A stretch of DNA of 64,000 nucleotides from Rhina ancylostomus (Eukaryota), in assembly GCA_030265395.1 (NCBI GenBank), contig JARFYF010000053.1:19043009-19107008 (forward strand). The letters are read 5' to 3'. Below are positions 1 through 12,194 of this stretch, one piece after another; position 1 is the stretch's first letter, and each line of letters opens with the position of its first letter. Position numbers and translations under genes: made by a program. The notes beneath the pieces were generated by a model. That model ran no database searches. It was not told where the DNA came from and saw only the letters and a program-made list of their open reading frames with translations.

Positions 1-203
1 AATTCTTCAAGAACAGAATTCTTCAGCTGGTTTATGTTTTCTGGTGATCTTCAAGAGATGACTAAACTCAACACATTCAAATTAAAAGAATAATTTGAAT
101 GCATCATTTTACTTTCATCAAGATGATAAATATGTTTGGGTCCAATGTGATATGAGGAAAAACTCTAATTTTATTCTTAGAAGTGTGATGATAGAATGTC
201 AGA

Positions 204-242
204 TTTCTCTTCAGGACATCACAATGTTGTCCTGAAGAGAAA
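204..242. repeat. Perfect 15-bp inverted repeat with 9-nt spacer
   Basis: TTTCTCTTCAGGACA (204-218) and its exact reverse complement TGTCCTGAAGAGAAA (228-242). Confidence 0.9.
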
Positions 243-1384
243 AGTCTTCATGAAAATAGCTCAGTCAAATTCGAAAAGGTTGATAAGGCAGAGTATTATA
301 TTTTATAATTGTCAAAATGATGGTATGTGCAAGTGACTTGCAAGCACTTTTTAAAATTTGTTAATGAAAAGTTTGATCAGATACTTTAGCTCAGAGTATA
401 AATAACTGTACACAAACTGTACTGAAAATTGGGCTTGTTTAAAGCAGTGATTTTTTTTCTCAAAATTTCCTCAAATGATTTGCATTATATTACTGATAAT
501 CAATCCTTACACTTTGCAATTGACCAAGGCTTCCAAATGTAATAAAAAAAATACTCCTTATTACATTTTTCAGTTTGTTTAATACAGGTGAAAATGTTTT
601 ATTTATAAAATAAGAACTTTAATCAGTATCCAGCACATTAACCTAATATTATACAACTTGAAAAAACCCCAATGCATGTTAGTCATATTGATACATAAGT
701 CAGTCAGTTTCTGAATAAATCAAATAATAAATTCTTTCCAAGTTTTCAGAAATGCCTGTTTGTTCTTTAGTGTCTAAAAAAGTTTAATATTATGAGTCTC
801 CCTAGCCTCATAAGTGGCACAATTCACGGAAACCTGCAATGGTGATTAATTTAATATGGGGACATGGCCAGACTTGGTAGGTGTGGCCAGCTTCCAGCAC
901 AACCTTTTTAAACTAGGGCAAAAGCTCACAGAATTTTGGCATGCATTGGATATAATTTGACTTTCAAATCCCATAATCTTTCTGATGTGATCGACAGATT
1001 TTGGGGCCATACATTGAGAAAAACTGCACAATCTTCTGAAAATTCCTTGCAACCAAATTTATCTACAATTTGCATTCATTTTGGTTTTCATCCTACAGAT
1101 TATGTTGTCAGATTTGCTGTTGTAAATGGGGTAATAAATACCTGAAAACACCAATAGTTATATGCTGGCCATTGCATACAAACAGTTCATCCACAGCCTC
1201 TTGGACAGACCCATCAGTAGGTCAGTCAATAGACTCACCTGTTTTACACAGGTCACTGTTGATGTACAGATTGGTATCCTACGTCATACATTAGATACCA
1301 GTTCGAATCTNNNNNNNNNNGTACACAACGCATGTCTTAGTACTATAATTAAGCTGTAAATGCAGCAACAACAACAAGAACAAT

Positions 1385-1516
1385 GGAGACACAAGAGACT
1401 GCAGATACTGGAATCTGGAGCAACAAACAATCTGCTGGACAAACTCAGTGGCGAAGTATCATCTGTGGAAGGAAGTGGACAGTCAATGTTTCAGGTTGAG
1501 ACTCCTCATCTGAACT
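1385..1516 (-). mobile_element. Penelope-like element 3' terminal (pLTR) fragment with degenerate hammerhead motif
   Basis: GAGACACAAGAGACTGCAGAT...GGAGCAACAAACAATCTGCTGG repeat, recurring many times in the window. Minus strand reads CAGATGAGGAGTCTCAACCTGAAACATTGACTG. Same family as the copy attached to GIY-YIG coding sequence at 63681. Confidence 0.7.
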
Positions 1517-1659
1517 TTCCATTTCTGGGGTTGTGCAACATAAAAGACACAAAGATTTTTATTGATCAGGTTTTAGATGAAATTCATTTGGATTGCATAA
1601 AATAATATCGTACTTTAAGAAATACATTCTAGCCCCACAAACTTACAAAGGATAGAATT

Positions 1660-1750
1660 TGAGAGGTTGGCCAGGAGAGGATTGGAATAATCAACTCCTA
1701 AAGAAGCAAAGGCATCGATGAGGGTTTTGGCAGTGCTTAAGCTGACCCAG
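1660..1750 (-). mobile_element. L2-type LINE remnant
   Basis: Minus strand gives ~STAKTLIDAFAS.GVDYSNPLLANL, resembling the L2 ORF2 motif AETLIHAFVTSRLDYSNALLAGL. Confidence 0.55.
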
Positions 1751-4748
1751 AGGAATGTTTCTTTAACGGATCCCAAAGATGACACAAACATACATTTATT
1801 TTACTTTTATGGAGAAAGTTGAAGAAAGAAAATTCTTCCTGGGTCACATCTATGATGACTAAAACAGAGTAAAACATTGTCTGTGTAGGTATAAGTACAG
1901 AGTTTTCTTGAATTATTTGCCATGAAATATGGTAGTATTTGCTGATATTGTCTTTTTACAATGCCTTCTGAGCCCACAGAATGGACCTTCCCTTCTGCCA
2001 GATTAACAGTGGAACTCACTCCCACCCTTCATCTTTCCCACATCCTCGCCCCTGGCTGCAATTCTTACATGGGAGCCTACTGATTTTTTGTCCTCAAAGG
2101 CAGTCTTCCAAGGCTAGCGTACTGCAGCAGCCTCTGATCTACTTAGACTGCCTCTGCTCTACTTAGACTGACCATTGACCCAGTAATTCAATAAGGTGGT
2201 AAGTTTTGGAGTAATACTGTCTCAATTATTCAGATCTGTAGCACTGTGTTGACACTAATTCATTTATGACTGATTCCATTTTACTGAAGGATACAGATTC
2301 TTCATCTGCAAAGACCAACTCCTTGAAGTTAAAGAATTTATTTCAAAAAATAAATTCTTTTGATCAGTTTTAACCAAAAGCAGTAAACAGAAAAGAAACA
2401 ACTTACGTCACTGTTGGTTCTTCTCGCCAATGTTCAGACTTGTTTGTTGAGTAGATCCTATCACTATCCATTTGCATCACCAATACCATATCTTAAATGT
2501 CCACCAACCTCCGAAGGTTCAATTACCTTGCTTCGCATGAATCATACAACAAAGTGATGAGGTGCATTCTTCTAGCTTTCATATTTCAATAAAGTTAGAA
2601 AATATTTTTAATTTATTTGGAAGTGATTAATGAACAGATAAAATTCTGTAGATCCTGCAAACAATTTGATATCCTGCAAATGTGAGTGTGATGCTTCAGA
2701 ATATAATCAATTAGCAAGATGGGAGCAACAAAAGCAGCAGTTACATCTTCTAGATTAAGGTGTACACAAAAACTGTTAGCAAGGTAAATTTGAACATATT
2801 CTCTTTATGTACTTGTTGTTATCTGATCGTGGGACAATATTGACAGTAGCCATGGTTATATCTGGATATATCCTCCACCTGGAGTATTCTGCTGTAATTT
2901 TGCCTCTCTTTTGGTGAAACAAAGGTTCTAAATACTTGTCTTAATAAAGCACCTTGCATAACCTTAGGATGCCCAACATGAATTTGCATTTTATGAAATA
3001 GTTTTTGAAGGGTAGCCCTGTTGCCTATGAGGTGGATTAAAAATTGGAGGAGAGAACTTGTTCACATGCTAAAAGTTCTGAGCAAAGATATGAGCAGAAA
3101 ACTTCTCAGTATCAAAGGAATATTAGATAAGAATTTTCTAATTACCTTGGATTAGATGAAGCAAAAAAGACCCTATTTGTTTTTAATAACATCATATTTC
3201 ATATTGCATATACAATTAATATGTTTTTTTAAATGTCCTATCCATTCTGAACTAGCTACAATGATTCAGCATTCAGGATTGGCTGAATGTCCTAAGGAGG
3301 CAAAAGGGTAGATATATGGATTTTAACTGATCCTTATATGGTTTCAATACAGTGGGAAGAATAATGTCAATTGGAAAATGTTTTCTAAATGCCAGCCAAA
3401 TAGAGATGGTTATACCTTCCTGCAAACACTATGTGGTTGTATTAAATCCCACTTAGATAAGGTCATGTATGAATCATGATGTATTGATCAATATCTAAGT
3501 ACATACAAGCTATCCATCTGTGAAAATAGGGTAATGCTCACTGACCTGTTCATATATACAGAGCAAAATGTCAAGAAGATAATTGCTAGTGGTTTCATTA
3601 AGTCTATCCCTAAATCTGGATTGTGTGTCAAGCATGACAAGTATGAGGAAAAATAAATAAAATGCTTCTTTTATGTACCACCTGATTGTACTGTTTCTTG
3701 GATATTTAGATGTATGATCTGAGATTCAAGATAGTCAATTGGTAAGCTTATGCTTTTAATACACAAATACAGGGGGTACATGAGAAGACCATGGTTACAC
3801 TGACACTTCTGGCACCAATCCTGTGAGTTGCTTTGCACTCCAGCTGAAGTGAGTGTTTTGTGTTTGTAATTTCTGTTGGTGGCACTACTTCAGCCAATGA
3901 ATTGTGAGGTGGGATGGGACAAGTATGTGATCTTATAGTAAACAGCCAATGATGCTGTAGTATGGTGCAGAGGACAGCAAGAACTTTGTAAATGGTTTAG
4001 ATTAGTGATATTATTCATTTCTTCTTAGTTAATTAAAACACTGTGACATGTGCAGCAGACATTGTTAAAAAATATTGGTGTGGTAATGGTTAATGTGTCA
4101 AGAATATGGTAAACAGCTTGATTAAAGCTGGTTGCTATAGGGATTTGTGATGTGACAGGAAGTACTTTTCACAGGGCAAGAAGTTGTTTGATCATGTGTA
4201 TAAAGGGAGATTTTGCATGGTGAAACAAGTATCTTGANNNNNNNGATTGGATCAGAACAATTTTGTAATAAGCCAGTGTTTTGTAACAGGTGCAGCAAAT
4301 AATGTTAATTTACTCAGTAAACCAAACTTATTTAAAGAGCAGCAGAAACAGGCGCTAAAGAAAAAAGCTACAACAACTTCTCTCAGTAAATAAAAGGGTA
4401 ATTACAATGAGTGCAGAATAGTTCCATACAAGTTAAGTCCTTCAGTTCAATTGAGGGGATAGTTGCTTCCTGCTCAACTGATTTATGCAGTCATCAAGCT
4501 TAATTTGCATAAAAATTATTCAAGCAGCTCCACCAAGTCCTGGAATAGTACTGTCACAACACATAGCATTTAATATTTTAGTCTAAATGATGTATAACAT
4601 CAAGAAAAACAAAACAGACAAAATAATTAAAGAACAATAATGCTCTGCTATTAATTTTGCATTGTATTCAAAGAGTGTCAGTACTTCATTATGTGAACTA
4701 AAATGCCTCATTAGTTACCTCAGTCGAAACAACAGTCAGTGCAATTTG

Positions 4749-4956
4749 GAGGCACAAGAGACTGCAGATGCTGAAACCTGGAGCAAAAAATAAACTGCTG
4801 GAAGAACTCAGTAGGTCAAGCAGCATATTTGGAGACAGAGGGGTGGTTGATGTTTCTTGTCGAGACCCTGCATCAATACTCAGGGCTGATGCGGAATCTT
4901 GATCCAATCATTGACCATCCCTTTCCCTCCACAGATACTGCTTGACCCACTGAGTT
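4749..4956. mobile_element. Two inverted PLE terminal fragments (4749-4880 minus; 4885-4956 plus)
   Basis: GAGGCACAAGAGACTGCAGATGCTG...GACCCTGCATC, followed by the opposite-orientation CTGATGCGG...CCCTCCACAGATACTGCTTGACCCACTGAGTT. Confidence 0.7.
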
Positions 4957-4959
4957 AAA

Positions 4960-5200
4960 GAACATAGTACAAGGAATAGGGCCGCACCGGAACCGGCCCT
5001 TGGGCACATGCTGTCTTGCACTGAAAATGATGCTGAATTAAATTAAATCTCTTCTGCCTGCACGTGATCTATATCCCTCCATTCACTACATATTCATGTG
5101 TCTATCAAAAAGCCTCTTAAATGCCATTCTCATATGAGCTTCCACCCCTACCCCTGGCAGCCCACTCCAGGCATTGGCCACTCTCTGTGCAAAAAATTTG
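4960..5200 (-). mobile_element. CR1/HER1-type LINE 3' end
   Basis: Minus ORF FFAQRVANAWSGLPGVGVEA..AFKRLFDRHM matches the CR1 ORF2 C-terminus, followed by a 3' UTR tail. Confidence 0.85.
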
Positions 5201-5203
5201 CTT

Positions 5204-5367
5204 GGATTAGATTGGATTAGATAGGGGGTGTAGCCAGGGACTTTTACAGTGGATCCACCAGTGGAGCAAAGACACTTGGAAGTAATGGCCATCAACAATG
5301 AAGAAATGGATCAATGAAATTGGTGCAAAAGGGAGAGATGGAAGGGAGAGAATGTCTAGCAAACAAA
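5204..5367. repeat. Unassigned repeat, copy A (diverged twin at 6067-6232)
   Basis: Shares AGCCAGGGACTTTT.CAGTGGATCCAC.AGTGG and GCCATCAAC.ATGAAG.AATGGATCAATGAA with copy B. Confidence 0.8.
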
Positions 5368-6066
5368 CATTTGATAAATGCACCGTACTTTGTTTGGTTT
5401 GAGAATCCAGGCCAATACACCAAATGAAGCTAGGTATTGATTTGGTGTGCATATATGCCAGTCATCCAGATTTGTGTGAACACCTGGCTTTTTCAACTCC
5501 CTTTCCTGTGCAAGGCTGAAATATAATTTTAAGTTCCCTGCTAACATCTTTGAAGCCGCCGCAGCTCACAAATTTGCAGTTGTTTCAATAATCCACAGGA
5601 AAGGAGCTCGGCTGAATTATAATGAAACCTGAAGAAACCTGCGAATGACAGGATTTGCTTAAACAGCCACTGACAGCTGACCTTTCCAATGGCATAAAGA
5701 GATAACTGAGACATAACTGGCTACAAAATTAGAGAAAACATAACAGACTGCCCAAAGTCAATCCTCTTAAAAAACTGCACGGATCAGTTGAGTAGGAAGC
5801 AACTATCCGCTCGATGTCATTAAATAATGCAGCCACATGATCTTCTATTCTTCCAAGTTTAGTCTCTGCTTCATTATCCCTTTTGATAAACTCACTTTAT
5901 TCTAATAATCTAGAACTTAAACTTTGTAACCCATGTCTTCTTCATCCTGTTCCTCTTGTCCTGAGGGCCTAAGCATCAGATGGGTCATGTTCCTTCCTTT
6001 TGGATGGTTTCAGTGCTAATGGCCTTGATCATTACCTGTAGATGCAGGAAGGAGGAATATCTATTG

Positions 6067-6232
6067 GGATTGAATTTGATAGAGGGTGCAGCCAGGGACT
6101 TTTGCAGTGGATCCACAAGTGGGGGAAAGGCACTTTGATGCAACAGCCATCAACCATGAAGGAATGGATCAATGAAGTAGGTGCCAAAGGGAATAGGCAG
6201 GGATGGAACGGAGATAATGTGTAGCAAGCAAA
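6067..6232. repeat. Unassigned repeat, copy B
   Basis: Colinear, same-orientation similarity to 5204-5367. Confidence 0.8.
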
Positions 6233-6602
6233 GAGCAGATTGGGTGTAAAGCTAACAAACTGGGTAGAGGGGTAAGTGCACAGAATTAGGAAGAGGGTAA
6301 AACATATAACAAGAGGGAAACTGGAGGGGCAAGGAATGGGTTGCACAATTTCTGTGAACTGTATTTGGAATGGGTAGTAAACTTATATGGCTGGGGTCAG
6401 TCTAAGCATTAAATAAGAAAGTTGACTGAAGAAAATAATTCAGAGTTATTTGAGATTCCCTTGCCAAAATGTAATGATTTTTTTCTACCTTGAAGCAAGC
6501 AAATTAAACAATCTTTCTACAATAGTGGCGTGCAATAACCGGGTGATATCTTCTTTCCACCAATTTCTTTTATCATTATAACTTAAGTTTGTATCAATAA
6601 AT

Positions 6603-7385
6603 ATGACAGGAATAAGAAGTTGGAATAGACCAGTTGTCCCACCCAAGTCTGCTCCACTCTTTAATAAGATCATGGCAGATCCATTCTTGACTTCAGCATC
6701 ATATTCTGCATGATCCCCATACCCCTTGACTCCATTCTAGTTTAATTGTCTGTCAAACTCCACCTTGACTGTATTCAATAACCCTGCCTTCAAATTCTCT
6801 GGAATGGAGTATTTTAAAGATTCTCTGCTCCCTAAGAAAAAAAATTTTTCCCCTTCTCTGTCTGAAATGAGTGATCCTTTATTGTGAAACTATACCATCT
6901 TGTTCTAGGTACTCCCACCAGGGGAAACATATACCTAGCATCCACCTTATCAATCCCCATATATGTTTCAATAAGATCACCCTTCATTTTCCTATATACC
7001 AACTGTATCAACCTTTTATTGTACATCTATCCCTTCATTCCAGGAACCAACCTAGTGTAACTTCTCTACTCTGTCTCTGATGCAACCACATCCTTCCTTC
7101 AATACGGAGACCAAAACAGTGCACAGTACTCCAGGTGTGGTCTTACCAGCTTTCTGTAAAATTGTTATCAAAGTTTCTCTACTATAAATCTCTTCAATAA
7201 AAAACAATATTCAATATATACTGGTGTGTACCTGCATGCCCGGTTTTTATATTTTATGTACCAAGACCCCCACTTCCCCACGTACAACCACATTTTGTTG
7301 TCTCACTCTATTAAATAATAACTTGCTTTTTCATTCCTCCTTCCAAAGTGATTAATTTCACATTTGCTCACAATATGCTCCACTT
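6603..7385 (-). mobile_element. Decayed CR1-type LINE 3' fragment
   Basis: Minus-strand motifs VRPHLEYCALFWSPY and KMKGDLIETY..GIDKVDARYMFPLVG..RTR, interrupted by frameshifts. Confidence 0.85.
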
Positions 7386-7584
7386 TGCTCCCAACTTGCT
7401 CTCCTCCCAAATTGCTAACCTACTTAAGATTTAGTAAGTATACACATGAACTATTATTATTTAGAATATCAAAGTATTTCCTCAAGGCATACAGGTATGC
7501 CCTGCTATGCTCACTAACCACTGCCTTTTAGTAATGCACATATCATTCATCAATCGTGTATCAAAACACTAATTTTCATTTCAG

Positions 7585-7725
7585 GTAAGTACATGAATAG
7601 AAGGGGGTTGGAGGGATATGGGCCAAACGTGGGCAAATGGGATGAGCTTGGGACTAGCACCATAGTTAGCATGGATGAGTTGGGCTGAAGGGCCTGTTTC
7701 CAAGCTGTATTACTCTATGACTCTA
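7585..7725 (+). mobile_element. CR1/HER1 3' tail fragment
   Basis: GAGGGATATGGGCCAAA...GGGCTGAAGGGCCTGTTTCC...CTCTATGACTCTA tail, shared with 42860-43115. Confidence 0.8.
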
Positions 7726-8179
7726 TCACTTGGAAAAAAAACAAATTTGAGTTTGACATTTCCCAAAGTTGCCAAATAAATCAAAGTGTTAAGAAATAGA
7801 AGTTTGTCATTGGTAGTTTGCACCAAACATGAAACTTTGAAATTTGAACACAATATGCAGACAGTACATGTCAAAATCAGGACAATTTTCTACATTTCTT
7901 AGTGGGAACTATTTTCATTGGGTGTGGTGGGAATGTGGGTTAAAGTGCTGCAGACAGCCAACACAGTTGAGTAACTTTCAACGTCTCCATGCAAGTTCCT
8001 CAGGAGAGGTCAGTTGCCTTCAGGACAAGACAATCACCCAATAGAAATTAGATCAAAACAGTTTTAAACTTTACATCCACTGATTTTCCAGAATTTCTAA
8101 AATTCACCAACGAATGAAAGGCAATTGCAGGGGTGCAAAATACTGCCATAAGTACATAATATTCACATCTGCTTACATA

Positions 8180-9126
8180 GTCACTGACAATCAAGACAGG
8201 AGCACCTCAAGGATGCTCTACTCTCTCTACACGCGTGACTGTGTGGCTGGGCACAGCTCAAACACCATCTATAAATTTGCTGTTAACACCACTGTTGTTG
8301 GCAGAATTTCAGATGGCAATGAGGAGGTGTACAGGAGTGAGGTAGATCAGCTGGTTGAGTGGTGTCACAGCAGCAACCTCACACTCAATGTCAGCAAGTC
8401 AAAGGAATTGATTGTGGACTTCAGGAAGGGGAAGTTGGGAGAACACACACCAGTCTTCATGGAGGGGTCAGCAGTGGAAAGGGTGAGCAGCTTCAAGTTC
8501 CTGGGCATCAACATCTCAGAGAATCTATCTTGGGCTCAACATATTGATACAATCACGAAGAAGGCACACCAGTGCCACTACTTCATTAGAAGTTTGAGGA
8601 GATTTGGTCTGTCACCAAAGACTCCTGAAAATTTTCACAGATGTATGGTGGAGAGCATTCTGACTGGTTGCACCATCGCCTCATATGGAGGCTCCAATGT
8701 GTAGGATTGAAAGACACTGCAGAAGATTGTAAACTCAGCCAACTCCATTATGGGCACAACTCTCCCCGCCATCAAGGACATCTTCAAGAGGTGGTGCCTC
8801 AAGTAGCCGGCATCCATCATGAAGGACTCTCACCATCCGGGACATGCTCTCTTCACATTACTACCATCGGGGAGGAGGTACAGGAGCTTGAAGACCCACA
8901 CTCAATATTTCAGGAACAGCTTCTTCCCCTTCACCATCAGATTTCTGAACAGCCCATGAACCCATGAACACGCCCTCGTTATTCCTCTTTTGCATTTTAT
9001 ATTTATTTTTGTAACTGATAGTAATTTTAATGCCTTTATATCTTGCACTGTACTGCTGCTGCAGAACAACACATTTCATGACATAGGTCAGTGATAATAA
9101 ACCTGATGCTCATTCTGATCCTGATA
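8180..9126 (+). mobile_element. 5'-truncated Rex1/Babar-type LINE (RT C-terminal half plus 3' UTR), inactive
   Basis: SLTI.TGAPQG then LYSLYTRDCVAGHSSNTIYKFAVNTTVVGRIS...WCHSSNLTLNVSKSKELIVDFRK...FKFLG. The catalytic FADD has decayed to FAVN; stops follow; tail AATAAACCTGAT..TTCTGAT. Confidence 0.85.
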
Positions 9127-9349
9127 CCTACAGATGGGAAAGGATTTCTTTACTGTACTTTTACTGTAAATTTACTTCCTACAGTTCAAGTTCTTTGGAG
9201 CAGGCAGGTGTTATTTTGGCGACCTTAGACAATTCCAAAGGTGAGGGTCAGTAAGAACCACAACAGCAGCAAGAGCATTCTCATGTCAGGGAGTTATATC
9301 GAGACAAATGAACACAGAATGACAAAGGGAAGCAAAGGGTCTATAGTCC

Positions 9350-9805
9350 TCAGTTCCCTGATCTTTCAAAAATCTATCCACCTCCACCTCAAAAAATCTA
9401 GCCTCCACTGCCCTCTGGAGTAGAGAATTCCAAAGGTTCATCATCCTCTGAGAAAATAAATTTCTATGCATTTCCATTTCGAATGACTGGCCATTTTTCT
9501 TTTAACTACAGCCTCATTTGAGACTATCTCACCAGTGAAAACGTCTACCTGGTCAAGTCCCCTCCTGCCTCAATAAGGTCACCTCTTATTATTCTAACCT
9601 CCAAAGAATGTTGACCCAAACTGCTCAGCCTCTCTTGATAGCACCACCTTCTCATCCCAGGAATTGGCCTGGTGAATCTCCTTCAGTGCAACAATATCTG
9701 TGTGCAAATGTTACACACAGAACCAAAACTGTGTGCAGTACTCCAGGTGTGGCCTCACCAACACTCTGTAAAATTGTAACAAAATCTCCCTATTTTTAAA
9801 CTCCA
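9350..9805 (-). mobile_element. CR1-type LINE fragment
   Basis: Minus strand: VRPHLEYCTQFW and RNLFSQRMMNLWNSLLQRAVEA..FEVEVDRFL. Confidence 0.8.
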
Positions 9806-9819
9806 AAGGGACAAGGGGC

Positions 9820-9945
9820 TCTAGCCAAGTGTGTATCAGAACAGTCAAACCTAGGATTAACCATAGACATGAATGAGGGTTTCAGTAGAAAAGGAGCAAA
9901 GGCTGGAAAAAGGCAGACGTTACAGAGGTGGAAATGTGCACTTTA
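9820..9945 (-). mobile_element. L2-type LINE remnant
   Basis: Minus strand approximates AHFHLCN...ETLIH..V..RFDCS of L2 ORF2. Confidence 0.5.
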
Positions 9946-11984
9946 ACAATGGTTAGGATCAGTTTCAGAAGTGAAATTTGGACTTGCAAGAAAGATAGTG
10001 TGGGGATGTTTTAATTATTTAAAACCATTGTCATTTTGCAAGCCTTAAAAATGATAATTGTAAAATACCATGAGGGGTGTACTTCCATAAAAAGTGAAAG
10101 TAGTCCACATCTATGATTCTAAGGGGGGGCGGGGGGTACCTTCATGTCTCTGTGATGTGTAGTTGTATATCTGAAAAAAAAATCCCTTGACTGTTTCTCC
10201 ATCTGGCTAACAATTGTTTATTTTTGGGAGGTTGGTTATTAGTGTTGGCATGGTGTGATTGAGATGGTCAAATTGCTGATTATTTTCATTGTAGAAATTA
10301 AGAAACTCTTTTGATCCCTGTAGGTAGTTTTGGCCCTGCTGAGGTGAAGTATCATATGACTCTTATCATTCTGTCTTTTTATTTTTGATGACAGCATACT
10401 CCATTTTCAGCCAGCATCTTCATGCTTTCTGGATGCTTGGTGATTTCTTGATTATGCAGGTTATTAGAAGTACTCAGATTTTATGCAGAACAGTGCAATT
10501 ATATGGGCATGCATAAGATGTTGTTCTCGATCTCCAGCCATATTTAAATGCAGACATAGTGAAAAGCTGGTGATGTGATGAGTTACTTATCAGTCTAATT
10601 TTCACCTTCCTTGCTGGGCATTATTTTAGCATCTTCCCCTAGACTCAATAACCCCATCCCCTCAGCATCATCATCCACAAACCCTCACCCCACCTCAGCA
10701 AAAACAAACACACCAAGTATACATTTTTCTGGTTCTAAGATGCTGAAGATCAATGAGTCAAAGACCATTTCCAATGCACTGCCTCCATGGTTAATTTTTA
10801 CTTGATGTACAGAACAGTGCCAGACTATTATTGTTACTGTTGTCCATATGGAGTCGGGTTTACCATGCCACAGCTGCAAATTCTCATGAGTCATGAATTA
10901 GCAACTAACTTAAACAAAACCTTTTTTTAATAGCCAGTGCAGAGAGGGAAGGAACTCTGAGCAGATGTAGAACCTTCTCCAGTAATCTAAAGCAATATGA
11001 CTGGATCATATCTTGACATTCTTTTCACTGATCTGGTTAAATGTCTTAAGGTTATTGCAGGCCTTTTATAAACAGTAGAGCATTCACTATATATATCTGC
11101 ATAAAATATAATACTGTTTTTCTAATTCCCATTACTAAAATGTTGGCAATCCAATCAAATACATTTTGCAAAACTTGGCATAAAGCATCTGTTCAGTCCA
11201 TCATGTCTTATTGTTTTACTATTTGAATGTCAGCTTATAGTTTTAACGTAATTAACAATAATTACAAAATTACTTTCAATGGATTGTTTTCCATTGTCAT
11301 AGAATTGAATTAATGCTGTATATATGTTGGAGCACCATGTTGAAAGGCATTGACATTGGTGCAGAAATCTTCCAGTTTCGACTCCACACCATAAGTAGTA
11401 GCATCAATATTATGGCGGATGAATGCACAAAATCATTTACTTTGATTTTTAATATCTGCAGTATAGTGGAAAGCTATAATGTTTGGTCCTCAGTCTTGCC
11501 AGTGACTTCAGAAGAGATTGCAAACTAACATTAATGCATTAAAAAAGTACATTTAGTTCTGTTCTGTAAATAAATATATAATACTTCTGCAGTTTATTTT
11601 TCAAAATCTTTTTGCAGTACAAGATTATATTTAAAATTCATTTTTATATTTCTAATATGTTTTAATATGATCCTTAATTTAATAGAAAATGTTCTGTTTG
11701 ATAATGAATTGTCATTGGTTCTCGAGGCTGATATTTCAGGGTCGTACTGAGCAAGTGCCTTACTGCTGGAGCTGATGTCCATTGAATGAAATGTTAAACT
11801 AGCATTATATATGTCCTGTAAACTGGAGGTAATGTTCCCTATGATGTTATTCAAAAACAGAAGGGGAATNNNNNNNNNNNNNNNNNNNNNNNNNTTACTA
11901 AAATTATATATTTGGGCATTTCTGTCATTGCTACCAGTGGGTTGCTATGCACAACTGCCATGCTTTTGTTTACTCACAGGATGT

Positions 11985-12192
11985 GGAAGTTACTACCAAG
12001 GTAGCCATTTATTGTTCATCCCTAATTGCCCTTGAGCAGGTGATGTTGCATCACCTTTCTGAACTGTTGCAATCTATGCATGAAGGAACTCTTACTGTTC
12101 TGTCCAAGATTTTGACTCAATGATAGTGAAGGAGCAATAATATCTTCTCAAGCCAGGATGATGTGTGATTTGCAGGTGATTGTGCTCCCATG
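11985..12192 (-). mobile_element. 3' end of an old CR1-like LINE (continues at 13545-14110)
   Basis: CATTTATTG.TCATCCCTAATTGCCCTTGAG terminus, recalled from a common elasmobranch LINE family. Confidence 0.6.
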
Positions 12193-12194
12193 TA

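Noticed and set aside
846-1145. Overlapping short ORFs and a minus-strand acceptor near 1142
   Set aside because: All frames after the acceptor stop within about 30 codons and I recognise no homology.
2407-2489. Minus-strand exon candidate (MVLVMQMDSDRIYSTNKSEHWREEPTV followed by GTAAGT)
   Set aside because: No recognisable protein and no convincing in-frame partner exon; a perfect donor hexamer is expected by chance many times in 64 kb.
8114-8704. 196-aa RT-like ORF as a functional gene or novel RT system
   Set aside because: It is a 5'-truncated Rex/Babar-type copy with the catalytic DD lost (FAVN), a deletion after PQG and downstream stops.
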